64,000 nucleotides of DNA from Paraphysomonas bandaiensis (taxonomy: Eukaryota > Protista > Chrysophyceae): assembly GCA_965644295.1 (NCBI GenBank), contig CBFFRP010000319.1, positions 62,001 to 126,000 of the forward strand, given 5' to 3'. Below the pieces are notes generated by a model. That model was not told where the DNA came from. It searched no databases and saw only the letters and a program-made list of their open reading frames with translations. Made by a program: the position numbers and the translations under genes. Within the stretch, counting starts at the first letter, position 1, and each line of letters opens with the position of its first letter. Positions 1 through 12,740 of the stretch are shown piece by piece.

Positions 1-203
1 ATACATAATTTTTTACATAGGTTTTTCACTATATATCACGGTATTGTGGTGTGGTATCATATGCCGAGAAGTATATATGGGGGATTATATCTATTCCTCA
101 TTAATCTATCGGGCCTGTGGTATAATGATAGTTATAGTTTAATATTTATCCCTTTCCACTTCCCTCAACTAACTATCTGTCTATACCACCCTCCACATCA
201 GCG

Positions 204-3200
204 ATGGATTTAAATGATCCAGGTATATATACTGAACTTATAGATAGCATCGTCTTACTCTCTTTTATACATCTGTCGCTTAGTAGTCGATGAAAATTTA
301 TTTGGTCAACAAGCCAAACAGCTGATGAAGCAGCAGTGGGTCCGCAGACAGATGAAAAACTGGTAATCTTCCCTCTGTATCTGTCCTGTATGTTTAACTA
401 TACACATAGCAAGGACAACTACACGGACCCACAGCAGTATAAAGTGTTTTGTGGCACATGGAATGTCAATGGTCGGGCGCGATTGGATGCAGAAGGGATG
501 ACTGACTGGCTGATACCGAGTGACGGTATTGAGCATGATATTTATATCATAGGCTTCCAGGAGATTGTTGAGTTGACCCCTGTAAATGTGGCGACTGACA
601 TGATGGGCCCCCAACGGACCCAATTTTGGTTAGATAATATTGCAGAATGTTTTTCTAAGAATGCCACAGCGCGATATGTTAACATAGGGGTTAAGAATTT
701 GGTGGGAATATTGCTCTGTGTTTATGTGAAAACCTCTCTTGTCACCGTAGTAAGTGACCTACGGTGGACAACTACATGTGTGGGTGTTATGGGTGTGATG
801 GGAAACAAGGGTGCAGTGGTGACACGCTTTAATGTTCACAGCACACCAGTGTGTATAGTATGTGCTCACTTGGCCGCCTCGAGAGACAATGTCCAGGGGC
901 GAAACAGCGACTACAGAAACATAATGGACCGAACTGTACTTGTACCTGAGAAGTATACGATGGAAGCTGCATCCATTGGCAAATCGGTGATGATGCAAAG
1001 CACTTGGGATGGCATTGATGACTCTCTTTTTGGAATATCTGACCACGATATCATATTCTGGATAGGAGATTTCAACTACCGAATCGATGTTTCGTTGTCT
1101 TTGGAAGACATTATGGCACTGCTACAGAAAGAAAACCTCATGGCACTGCGCAAGAAAGATCAACTGAACATGGAGCGAGAGGCCGGAAATGTCTTCCAAG
1201 GGTTTGAAGAGGGTCCACTAACGTTTCAGCCGACATACAAGTTTCAGCCAGGCACGGATGTGTATGAAACTCGACCAGAGAAGAAGTTGCGTCCTCCGGC
1301 ATGGTGCGACAGGATCCTATGGAAGGAGAGAGTCATCCCTGGATCAGAGAGCAAGGGTATTATACGGCTTTTGAATTACCGCATATCTCGCTTGAGACCA
1401 TCGGATCACAAACCGGTCAGTGCATCATTTGAAATAGTGACTCGGGTTGTCGACACCGTCAGAGAGAAAGCAGAGTACATGAAACTCATGCGAAAGCTAG
1501 ACAGAATGGAGAACGCAATACAGCCGAAGGTAGAGGTGGGGCCCCAGTTGGACATCATCATTCCACCTGTTCGATTCCAGGTAAATTGATACTTAAACAC
1601 CAGTGTGATGTATACTGTCTTACCTTTATCATTTATGGGAGTTATTTATGTTTTTTATTGCTCTATGTCATCCATTAATAGGACCGGAGGCAAAGCGAAT
1701 TTTATATTACTAATATCGGGACATCTCTTGCGAATTGGCGATTTGTGCCAAAGAATGAGGATGTACAGCTGAGCGCTCAGTGGTTACACGTGGAGCCGAA
1801 TATGGGAATAATTGCCCCTGGAGAGGTCAGTAACATTTCGTGTGTGTTGGGGTGCCTTACACCTGGTTTATGAAGCAAGCGAAAGTTGTGGTTGAGGTAT
1901 TTGTCGATTACCGGTCTCTAGATCGTGTATCGGCCGCTCTTGGTCCGGACTTTATCGTATCCAAAAAAAAAAGTGGTGACGTAAGTGGTTTTACATGTGT
2001 ATCTATGTGTACAGTTTGTATGCGAAATGCGAGTGGTAATTGCGTTCCTTACATTTTGATAATTGTGCCAGGACCCTGCTGATGACAGTCAAATTCAGCA
2101 TCCGAATCAACCGAACGACACTCTTCTAAGTGGGGGAGATTCGGAGCTGAATAACAACTCTGTTTCTCCATGTGCCGGCGATGTGGTGGAAACGTTAATA
2201 TCAACGGAGAATATGGAGATTCAAGAAACTACGCGAACTGAGGAAGCTGATGTATTTAACAGCAATGGAGTTACTAATATTCCACCACCACTTCCAGCAC
2301 CCATACTGAGCACAGGTACTGCAACGGTAAACCTTCTGGAGGACAGTGTGCTTGAGTTTGAGAGATCTCCGACAACTTCTCCGACTCCAGCTGTTGTACC
2401 CATAGATCAAGATATTGTGAGCAATATACAGGAGATGGAGGAGTGTGATGACGACGATGTGGAGCAGGACGTATATAATGAGAACATAGCTGTAACGTCT
2501 ATTCCTCTTCATGATTTCCTCATTCTCCGCATTGAAAATGGTCGGGACTATTTTCTGTCCGTTTCTACTGAATTCAGTCCCACAGCAGAAGGTGGTTTCT
2601 ATTAATGCTATATATCCGCTCTGATAAGTGTTAATGAGTCATGTTGCTGTGATTTTGTAATTCGTGAGAATTTGAATATGGGGACTTTATTGTAGTAATT
2701 TAATTTGCGCAGATGTGACGACTATGCAACTGCAGCAGGCTCAACTGGAGGCGATCTCGAATATGAATGCAATTCGATTGTCCCCTGCCCATGATGACCC
2801 ACACCACCGACTCTCAGATGAATCAGGGGTGAGAATTCGATATTTTGGAGATTTTAGTTATGGTGTATTTCATTATTGGTGGATTGATTAATTACAAATG
2901 CAAATGAATAAATCATGTTACGCAACATATCATTCGCTAATTAAGCCGATTCCATGCATGTAGTCGGACCATTCCTCGTCCAGAGGTAGACTGAGGACTT
3001 CTTCTGGAGCAACTTTCGCCAAGCTGCAAGCAGAGCATATGATGAGTAAAATCAGACACACAGTCGAAGAAGGTCGGAAATCGATGGACGGTAAAACCGG
3101 AAACCCGAGAATGAGGGAAAAATGGAAAAGCGTGAAAGAGAAAGCCAACGAAAAGGCTAAGGCGGGTGCATGACAGCATCACTTGCACATATGTGTAATT

Positions 3201-3416
3201 GTGTTTTTATCATCAGGCGGTTGCAGCTAAGCTAAGGGACCGTAATTCACTCCCAAACGTAAGTGTGAATGTAAAGGGCAGTGTGTGAAATAATAGGCGT
3301 TGCAGCAAGGAAGCAGCCCAATGGTGCCGACAGAGAGTGAGGGCAAGGTGGACTCTAGACGTCGGCACTCAGTTAGAATCAGCCGGTCACATGGAAATGA
3401 CCCGAGTGCTTTGTAG
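204..3416 (+). CDS. Type II inositol polyphosphate 5-phosphatase, OCRL/INPP5B-like (5-phosphatase + ASH domain), multi-exon
   Basis: Motifs GTWNVNG, IGFQEIV, GNKGAV, AHLAA, FWIGDFNYRI, PTYKF, PAWCDRILW, SDHKPV; ASH-like LDRMENAIQP...LILRIENGRDYFL. ATG 204 followed by a GT-AG intron; last exon ends TAG 3414-3416. Exon boundaries in the 3' half are approximate. Confidence 0.9.
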
Positions 3417-4057
3417 TGCGGAGAGGCTCGGCCTAAACAGTCGCTGCTCCACGTATTAACATGTGGTGAGTTGTCATTGTATGAGGGTGTACGGTGTAGT
3501 TGTATAATTTTTTGTACTTTATCGGTTGTAATTTAGTATTAGTACAGTAGAATAAGCATATTGGAAGATACTACTAGAATTGTTGCTCTGTCTTAGTGTA
3601 CATTTACGCACTTGATGCAGCCGAGGATTGTGCTGTTGACAACCATGTATCTTATAGTTGTTCGTATAGTGTACTCAAACTCAAACTACAATAGATCATA
3701 TCTACTCTTCTTTGTATTAGCTTGCAAGTATAGTAGCATTATGGCATTTGTATGAAAATATCTTATATCGCTGTAGTGTAATGCAATATCCATATTTACA
3801 GTACATATATATAGGATGCAACCCTCATCGGCAACTCTACTATTACAGTACAAGCAAAACGCTATAAAATAGGGTTGACAAATTCTAGAATCGGTGACAA
3901 TACCAAAAACATAATAAAACACTTCAGTAATGCTAAAAATAGGCAAAAATCTGTATCTCCTGGAGATGCAATACTTTGTGTACAGTTGGCAACACATCTA
4001 CCGTTAACTAAACCATATTACCCTGAACGAAATAAGTTATAGGAACAACCAGTGGTG

Positions 4058-5205
4058 CTACACGGAGAAATCGCTGCCTGTACAAGCACTTGCGGGGCTT
4101 ACGGACATATGAAAATGCCTTCGCTGCTCTGCGGTATCACCAAATATAAGCCACAAGGACACAAAACAGAGTTCCTCCCGATCCTTAAATAAGCATGGAC
4201 TCCAGAATATCTGCACCGCCTGATCCATGTGGATCATATTGTTCCATATCTTAAGAGATGCGAAGTTTAAGACAGAGACACCTCGGGATTCCATATCTTC
4301 ACTACACGAAACACACACATATTACCTAAACTCTACATCCATGCGTGTACCACAGGCAAAAAATACCACCAAATGACATTGATAAGCAAATGCATATTTT
4401 GTACACGTACCGCGTGAAGCCTGTCAACTGCAGAAAAGCACCATTGTAGTCAGTAATAAAACCATTTAGGTCCACCAGAACCATGGCTACACCGGCGTGT
4501 GTAAACAAACGAGTAGTAGAAATGGGAAGACCGTCCTCACTTGGCCCGATACGAACATATCCCTGCCCCTTTATAACGCATTAGAAAGAAAAAAACACGG
4601 TCATAAGTAGTGTACCCCATGCTCCACCGCTCCTCCCTCGCCCATTCTACAGCAGATAATACTTCAAAGACAATATTCAGAAGAAGGGATTTACCTGTCG
4701 AAACTATTCTCACTAGCGACCGATACCTGTATTCGTGCGATTCGAGTTTCAATCACATGAAGAACTTCTCTCAATTGTAGAATATAACCATGAGCGCTGC
4801 GAAATAGAATTTACTAGCTGTAGGAACTAGAATGATTGCAAGTATATGTATAGCCTACTTTTTCAATATAGATAATTTGTCTTTTCTGGTCGGAATATTC
4901 GCCATCTGAAGAGTCTCTTAGTCCCACACAGCACAACTCCATAAATAATACCAACCTGAAGAATATTGCGGAGAGAAACAAAGTATTCGTTTGTCCTGCG
5001 CGTTCTGGAGGTATGGATCAATAACAACGTCAAATAAACATACACTCATACCTCTCTCTTTCCATTTCATTTAATCGATCCCTCTCCGCACGTGATAGTA
5101 CCCTATGTTGGGATGACAATTATTCCCTCCATAATAAAATATAATTATATACTGACGTATCTGAGGAACGGGACTGATGGTACATTTCTTGATCGCAACT
5201 GGCAT
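4058..5205 (-). CDS. bHLH transcription factor with C-terminal PAS-like domain, multi-exon
   Basis: Manual splicing gives RDRLNEMERERTRRTNEYFVSLRNILQ-MANIPTRKDKLSILKNAHGYILQLRE (bHLH), then LFTHAGVAMVLVDLNGFITDYNGAFLQLTGF (PAS-like). Start codon and one internal intron are uncertain. Confidence 0.75.
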
Positions 5206-5517
5206 GGAGTGTAGGCAACATATTGCATAAAACAGCAGTTATACATTAAACAATCCAGTAACTCTTCAATAAGTGTCTATAAGTAAGCAGAGAGACAATA
5301 CATCTGCACGAGTACTGTACTGCTTTCTCCCCACTCGTGTCTTCTGCAAACACATCTAGACACCAACCGAAAGAAAAACAGATCCAGTTTCAGTTCCAGG
5401 AAAGATACCGACCAATAGATCCACCGGTCCGGTCCATATGTATGGGGATACTGGTATACATATGCAGATAGATATTGTATACTGAGTATTAAAATACTGG
5501 GAAGTGTATGCGCAGTA

Positions 5518-5745
5518 CTACAGTGTAGATCATATGGTGTTAAACACATATAGGGAACTACAGTGTAGATCATATGGTGTTAAACACATATAGGGAACTA
5601 CAGTGTAGATCATATGGTGTTAAACACATATAGGGAACTACAGTGTAGATCATATGGTGTTAAACACATATAGGGAACTACAGTGTAGATCATATGGTGT
5701 TAAACACATATAGGGAACTACAGGAACTACAGTGTGGATCACATG
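5518..5745. repeat. 40-bp minisatellite, 5 perfect copies plus a degenerate partial copy
   Basis: Unit CAGTGTAGATCATATGGTGTTAAACACATATAGGGAACTA at 5521, 5561, 5601, 5641, 5681; no spacers. Confidence 0.95.
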
Positions 5746-6360
5746 TTACGGTTACGGCTGAAGGTTCAAAAATCATATGTTTTCCTCAACTCATAACTAG
5801 TAGTCAGTAAACTGACACCAAAGTGCACCAAACACAGAGAATATCATCCAATGAATCATACACATATATAATCTTACACTACGTGCAAGTATATGCGTGC
5901 CTGTCTTGCATATATATATATATAGTAGCAGCCGTACACGTTACAAAACCACCAGCATAAACTGTTAATGCACATATCTCTACGTTCATGCACGAAGCAA
6001 TCCAAGCCAGCACTATCTGTTAAGGGTGTACCTAGATATGTTCTCAACATACTACGATGTTCTCCTACACGTGCTACACGGTTGTGTTCTCCTACACTGC
6101 AATGTATCCTGTAAACATAAGATCATATATGATACATAAGCACCCGTATTATGATATCAAAAAAAAAACATGAAAAAGTACCTTTTATATGTAATTCCAT
6201 AACTTTTTAATTTCAGCAATCGAAATACTGTGATTTTAACACGAAATAGCCCCTTAAATGCTGAACATTTCGTGCTATTGGATTTTATATGGTGTTGTGA
6301 GATAAAGGGCGAATTCCCTCCTCCCGTATTGGCATATCCTAAAAAATGAAAAAAAAGAAG

Positions 6361-6464
6361 TGGTGCGGGTTGTGAGGCTCGAACTCACGACCTCCGGATA
6401 GCTTATCGTCGTATTGATGATTTGATTATGAGACCGACGCTCTAGCCAACTGAGCTAAACCCGC
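6361..6464 (-). tRNA. trnM: tRNA-Met(CAT), elongator type, 27-nt intron (6400-6426), followed by genomic CCA
   Basis: Reverse complement GCGGGTTTAGCTCAGTTGGCTAGAGCGTCGGTCTCATA[intron]ATCCGGAGGTCGTGAGTTCGAGCCTCACAACCCGCA-CCA; cloverleaf folds, U31:U39, intron after position 37, oligo-T Pol III terminator a few nt downstream. Confidence 0.95.
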
Positions 6465-6648
6465 TACCGTTGATGATAAGGGCTTTTATTATGTAATATA
6501 TAAATACTGTTTAGATTAGAATACAGTGGATTTGTTAGTGGTGTGTTGCACTGATGCCTTCAACTGTGCTGGTGTGATGGATGGATTGCTGCATGCATAT
6601 TCATAGTAGCATATAACTAAGACTTGCATATAATTGCAAAACTTTACA

Positions 6649-7748
6649 ATGGGTGTGTTGTTATTTGTTGCTATTGTGGCTCTGATAATATATGGGCTGA
6701 TAAAGTTTGCCAGAAGAACAGGCGAGGATCAGCCTGTGGAAGGTGCATGTTTTGTAACTGGTTGTGACTCTGGGATGGGAGAGACGACAGCTTTTCATCT
6801 CGCAAAGACTGGATATCATGGTGAGATGTATAAGTTTATTGCTGCATTAGCGTTCTTAAAATCTGTCTTGTAGTGTTCGCTGGCTGTTATCTGACAGAGT
6901 CTTTCAAGAAGTATGAATCAATCAAGAATATTACTCCAATTCAAATTGATGTTGCAAACGAAGATAGTGTTGCTAAAGCTGCTTCAGAGGTTGAAGATAT
7001 CATTAAAAAATCTAAGGGTTCTATTAAAGGGCTATATGGTGTGCTTCAATGCGCTGGAATCGCATACACAGGTAGGCAATAGTTCTGCAATATGTTCGTC
7101 ACCTGAAGTTATTGCTCTACAGCCCCTTTCGAGTATATCCCCATGAGTGCATTCAAGCGTCAGATTGATGTTAATTATTATGGCTACGTATATGTCACGA
7201 AGGCATTTCTCCCCATTGTTAAGGCCAGCGTTCTTGAACCGGGTTCTCGTCGTGGCAGGTTCGCGTTCGTGTCCAGTGGCCCCCTTCCTGGCCCGGGAGT
7301 ACCCTTCATCACGTCTTACCTCGGGGCAAAGTGGGCAGGAGAGGCTCTTTGTCAAGGCCTGCGCATGGAAATGCGGCTACGACAGATTCCGATAGATTGT
7401 GTAATGGTTTCTCCAGGCATCGTAAAGCCTACCCGTTTGGCAGAAGAAGGGGATGCATTGCTACAGAAAACCTTCGAACAGATGCCCCCACAAGCAAGTG
7501 AAGAGTATCGAGAAATGGTGGAGGCTTTCCGCAAGTTTCAGGTGGAGGAACCGGGTACACATGTGAGTGTAGTGGGGCAACAAATGGAGAAGATTATGAA
7601 ACACGGCAAGCCCTGGATGCGGTACTTTGTGGGATATGATGCAGTGGCCTCGGTGCTTGTAGGAATTCTTCCCACAGGCCTTCGGGAGCACCTTCTTCGC
7701 AACACATTAATGATGCACTATAAGAAATGCCCTAAAGTTTTCTTTTAA
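6649..7748 (+). CDS. Membrane-anchored short-chain dehydrogenase/reductase (RDH/17beta-HSD-like), 3 exons
   Basis: N-terminal TM helix, VTGCDSGMG Rossmann motif, catalytic YLGAK, introns ~6822-6874 and ~7072-7122. Confidence 0.9.
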
Positions 7749-8277
7749 TCATTCGGAAACTAGTTGTGTGCTTCAAAGGTGTTAAGTAAGGCTATCCCTG
7801 AAGCGAAACTTGTTTTATGAATATTAGAAGATGATATACTACGTATCTTTCTTGCGTAAGAATATATGAAATATGCTAAATGGATGTTCTGTATTTTACA
7901 GTTGTGAAACAGCAATGATACTGCCAACTCGCCTGCCCATACTTTACTAGTTCATGTAGTTTAAACCAAGAGTATTCATAGAAAATGCAATTATGGCGGA
8001 GTCAAATATTCTTCCCAGCATACTTGTGTTTAGCGCCAATTAGTTCAAGTTTCTAAATCACCATAGCGAACTCTGGTCCTCTATGAACCTGTAAAACCCA
8101 CATTACTGTGCAGCTTCTAATGTATTGACTGTTCCTTTGGAGCTCTCACTGAAGTACTTGATTAAACTTGGTTCGTTGCTCACAATTTACTTTAATAAAA
8201 AATTATAATTGTCATTTCTAACCCCAAACATCTGTAATCTGTATTGAACGTCTTATAATCAGCAATAGGCTTTTAAG

Positions 8278-8985
8278 AGTCATTGCTTAACTCTGATATC
8301 CTACTATTTAACCTTACGAAAGCTGCCTGTGCGCACCGCAAGCACCACGATAGCACACTTTTGCTTTATCACTCAAAGCAAACGAAGTGAGCCGTCAAGT
8401 TATGACACAATTGGTTGATTTACTAAGTTAACTGGACGTGTATTCACTCATTAATCAATTTAAGATAAGAGAAGATTTTAATAAATATAATAAGCAATAT
8501 ATATCATGTTATCTTTCTACTACCACTCATTCCTCATACGATCGTATATGGTCGCCGCCCTTCATGAACACTTATTTCAGTTTCACTACTATATAAACAT
8601 CGTTATGATATCACTTCTCATAATACAGCTCATCACTACTGTATTCTTCGACTAACGGTCATAATTCCAATACCTTAGAATTACAGCTTTTAGTTGCTCA
8701 AACAGCAGAACTCAACATGAGCAAATTGATATACCTGACATCTGCTGACATCAGGATTTAGAGCACTTAAGGTGAGTATCTCGAATGCTTGACTTCATCA
8801 AGCAGCGCAATACCCCGGATGCCTGTTTATTCATCCAGCCACACAACTAACACTTATTTGTGTCCCTTGTACCACACAAGCATTTGGCCATGTGTGCGCA
8901 GAACAATATCTGCTGACGTTAGTTTCCCGGAGAAATATCTCCAGTACTTATCCCCAGAACACCACGAAAAGGTGCAAATCTGACT
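8278..8985 (+). mobile_element. Dispersed repeat family A, copy 1 (interrupted by a solo LTR)
   Basis: Aligns by eye to copies at 29848-30325 and 38640-39117 (CTCTGATATCCTACTATTTAAC...GATATACCTGACATC...CCTTGTACCACACAAGCATT...CCCAGAAC). Confidence 0.85.
8393..8717 (-). mobile_element. Solo LTR (family B) with 5-bp TSD TGAGC, nested in family A
   Basis: Ends (C/T)GTCAAG...CTCAACA; TGAGC at 8388-8392 and 8718-8722; uninterrupted A copies read ...AGTGAGCAAGCAGAATG; homologous to 56458-56776. Confidence 0.85.
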
Positions 8986-9769
8986 TTATTGAGAGGCCTA
9001 ACATCTGCGTAACCTGCTAAATCGGACATTGATATATATCTTTTATATTAACATACATTTGCAACTGGATTAGTTCCTTTGTGACTATATTCTGCCTTCA
9101 CAATTAGGAGTAAGCTTCATTTATTGTTAGCATACTCTTAACCATTGTAACTGGCAGTTTTAGACATACATACAGAAGAACTTATAGCATAGATTTTTTG
9201 AAAACACTCAGACTCAGGTATCTATCCAAAGTTAAAGTTGAGCAATTAAACTAGTTAATGGTGTTTGAGTTGTAACAAATAAAGCAGTTAAGCACACGGT
9301 ATTATATAATATGCGTTCAATTATGAAGTGCTATGAAATATGTTGAATATATTAAAATATAGTGACTGTCAGAGATTGGAAATTATTGATTGGCTGTATT
9401 GAAGTTAAAATGAATAATGAGAAACATTTATCATCATTTTAATTGATTGAAAGTTGTGGGTAACGGCTAAAACCTAATAGTTCATTTTTTGCTTTCTTCA
9501 AGGGTCGAAATCTTAATTTCTATGATCATGATAGCAATTGACATGAAGGCACTTCTATGTTTGATCTGTTTGGTGGAGCAGGAAACAATATGTTGCAATA
9601 CTGTTGTTAGATAGCGTCTCACCAAATATATTGATTGAGTTTTTAAGCCGACTCAACCATATACCTATTCCAATAGTAATATTGTTGTTCAGTAATTTAA
9701 CACTTGCGTAGATTCCATTTTTAGTACTAGAAGACTACCTACTACTTAGCTAGTAACAATTTCCCTCAT

Positions 9770-10330
9770 ACTCATTCTATGAGCCACCATTGAAGATCCG
9801 GTGACAAGTGTCGATTAGCTTTAAGAAACGACATCATAATATGAATGTCTACTTTTGCGCAGCACTGGCATAATACGTCTAGCTGTGCTGAACAGGCGTT
9901 CACATATATTGGAAGAGTACATTTCTCAAGTCGTCTACAAGGGTGGTGACATCGGAATTCTGTCGAGCAGTAGGAATCATAATAGTCACGGCATCCGAAA
10001 AGCATGTGATTCTTGATATAGGATCCTTTATACACACAACCACTAATTAAGAAGTGCCTGAAAGATAGAGGACCATCGCGTGACATTAAACCTTTCTGGT
10101 AGCAGACAGGTTTGGCCACGTAGCAAGGAAGCATTCTTAATCTGCTTTAACTTTTCACCATTACTAGCTGGTCTACTTGTCGAATGCGAGGTCTACTGCC
10201 TTCTTCATGTTTTGTCTCATCATCTCCTTTCTTGTTTTTCTTATCTTTGGTATCAATTAACAGGAACAATATATTGATGGATATTTTGGCCGATCCATCA
10301 ATGAACATTGCTCCCTAGCCCTGATTTAGA
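9770..10330 (-). pseudogene. Degenerate hAT-superfamily transposase fragment
   Basis: Minus frame reads LKQIKNASLLRGQTCLLPERFNVTRWSSIF (~10060-10150), containing the hAT TRWxS motif; stops and frameshifts around it; boundaries approximate. Confidence 0.55.
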
Positions 10331-10789
10331 ATAGTAAACTAGACAAAGAAGAGTAAGGTAGGGAAATTGCAATGGCCATGAATATCTAAGTAGATATTAC
10401 CGCTCATAATAGATAGCGTGGTGCTCCCTTAATTACTAATTTAGTTAGATAACAGATTACGAATCATATCTACTTCTCACTCTCCACTGGCACATCAGCA
10501 TCTTCTTTCAGGGCTTTTTGGAGGGTATAAGCATTCCACAACATGAAACGTCACTAAGGTGTAGCTAGTAATATAAAAAACATATATATCCCATTTGGTT
10601 CTTGTGAAGAAATCAGTAAATAAAGCATCGGTAGACAGTTCTTCAAATTAAATATTATATCAATGACCTCGAGAATAGAGAAGTAAGTGGGTAGAAATGC
10701 GAACAATTGTACGACCCTAGAACAGAGAACAGTGTTCCCGAAAATGTTCCCATTTACCTCCCCCGTTGTATAGGTCTACTAGAGAACAA

Positions 10790-11080
10790 CGTCTTTGGGC
10801 CTTGACGAATAAACAGGGATACTGGAATTGTCTCACCTCAATGGTAACCGGGGTATTGAGCTGCCTGATGAAGTAAGTCAAACATCCGGGATATTCACCA
10901 TAAGGACTCAAAAATCCTGATGTCAGCAGATGTCTGTTATATCAACGGTCTGCTTGCTCACGGCGTTTGTTTTAAGTGATAGAGCGGAGGTGGTTGCACC
11001 TGCTTGGTGCTTGCGGCGACGCACAAGCAGCCTCCGTAGCGTTAAATAGTAGGATAATAGAGTTTGTACTAGTTAGTTAC
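10790..11080 (-). mobile_element. Dispersed repeat family A, copy 2 (partial)
   Basis: GGGCCTTGACGAATAAAC...AAGGACTCAAAAATCCTGA...CGTAGCGTTAAATAGTAGGATA shared with 30020-30290. Confidence 0.85.
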
Positions 11081-11518
11081 AGGTAGAGGTCTAACTAGTT
11101 TGTTTAGCATTCATCTAGCTACTAAGTTGGTGCAAGTTTTAGACGTCTATCTAGCTTTCTTCTAGCTACTATAAAATAATAAGGCTTTCAATATATTATA
11201 GAGAGCCACAAGAGAGTATGGTGATGAAATTACACATTATATATATCGAATACGACGTATATATATAACTTGCAGACTTGCAGTCCAGTAAACTATTGAT
11301 CACTTCAATGTTGTGATTCTAGCTATTAAGTGGTATGCTACTTCAGAATGGCTTGGAAGAAATTATCAGCAACTATAATGAGTAATTCAAAGTGTCATTA
11401 ATAGACAAGCACTGCTCTTGCGATTTAAAACAGACGTGGATAGCAAGTACAACGCATACTACAAATATTTTACCATAATGGTGTATTCAAGATTTGTATT
11501 CTGCATGTAACCACGAGC

Positions 11519-12279
11519 TTAAAACCCCTGTACCCCACGAATTTGCCGCCACTTAACCACATTGGCATTGGAATCAACCGCATCACAACTAGCTTTTATC
11601 TTGGGGTATCGCTGTAGGGCAGCATCAGTTCGTTCCTTGTCACCGAAGGGTTCTCTGCGATACTTAGGAAAGTCAGGGGGGGCCTGCTCGGCAGAGAGAG
11701 TTTCAGCAAAAACATAATTGATGAACACATCAGCAAGAGAAAGCTTGGATCCAACAGCGAATCCATTTGACCCAAGACATGCTTCGATCCGCCCAGCAAA
11801 CCAATGCAAATAGCGGATACTCCTGTCCTGTCCGACAGCGGGGCCAGTGACATCCATAGCTCCCTCGTTAAACCATTTATCTAGGTTCTTAGCATCAGGC
11901 TCCTGCCCCCATGGTAAGAGTGTACGATAGGCATCCATGAGTTCTTTAAGATGTTCACAAATGGCTATTATTTGAGCCCCCTCTAAAGTGGAGCTACCCA
12001 TCAAACCACACTCAGTAGCGACATAGAAATTAATCGCAGCAGACTGACCAACACTCTCGCTTCCAACTGTAATTACTGGCATACGACCCAGATTAGCCTC
12101 TAGGTTATCACATGGAGAGGAGTGTCTAGCATCAACATAGTCTTCGCCCTGTAATGTATTAGTACTCTGTAGTGGTTACATTGCAATATATTTACCGGAA
12201 ATTTCCCGCTGATGGCTAACATAATGCGGGGGATTTCCATCAGACCCCGACCATTCCAGTAGTTAAGAGTCAATGCCAT
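11519..12279 (-). CDS. Glutathione S-transferase, 2 exons
   Basis: MALTLNYWNGRGLMEIPRIMLA, LGRMPVI, GQSAAI, LSLADV. Confidence 0.9.
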
Positions 12280-12740
12280 TTTGTCTGTGTTACAGTTAAT
12301 AGTATAAGGTGACAGGATTATGAGATCATGTCATGAGAGTATGTGTATGTCTACTGAACCATGCTCACATATACGTACATACGACAGAGTTCTAGAGCTT
12401 TATCCATATGGATTTGGATTTTATACAGATATGGATATTCACTATCTCATATAGACAAATGAAAACTGAAAAAGTTGGCCCCTATACAATTGATTTTGCT
12501 TTTCAGATAGTGTGATTTTAGACAAAAATCCTAATTTTCTGAGATAAGTTATGCAGATATCTCCAGATATCTATAGATATCTCACTTATGTAGTGTTTAG
12601 AAACAAGGAAGTTTTATTGTAGGTGTTATAAACTATGCATGTATAGGAGCTTAACAGAGTGACTAACCAGCCATAATTATAGTTCAGATAACACTATTAA
12701 TATCCATTTGAACTATACTTTTATTATCTTTTTCATTGAA

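Noticed and set aside
3162-3227. GC-AG intron in the phosphatase gene
   Set aside because: A canonical GT-AG alternative (3166-3227) keeps the same frame.
5518-5745. Possible CRISPR array
   Set aside because: Units are contiguous and identical, with no unique spacers or cas genes, in a eukaryotic context.
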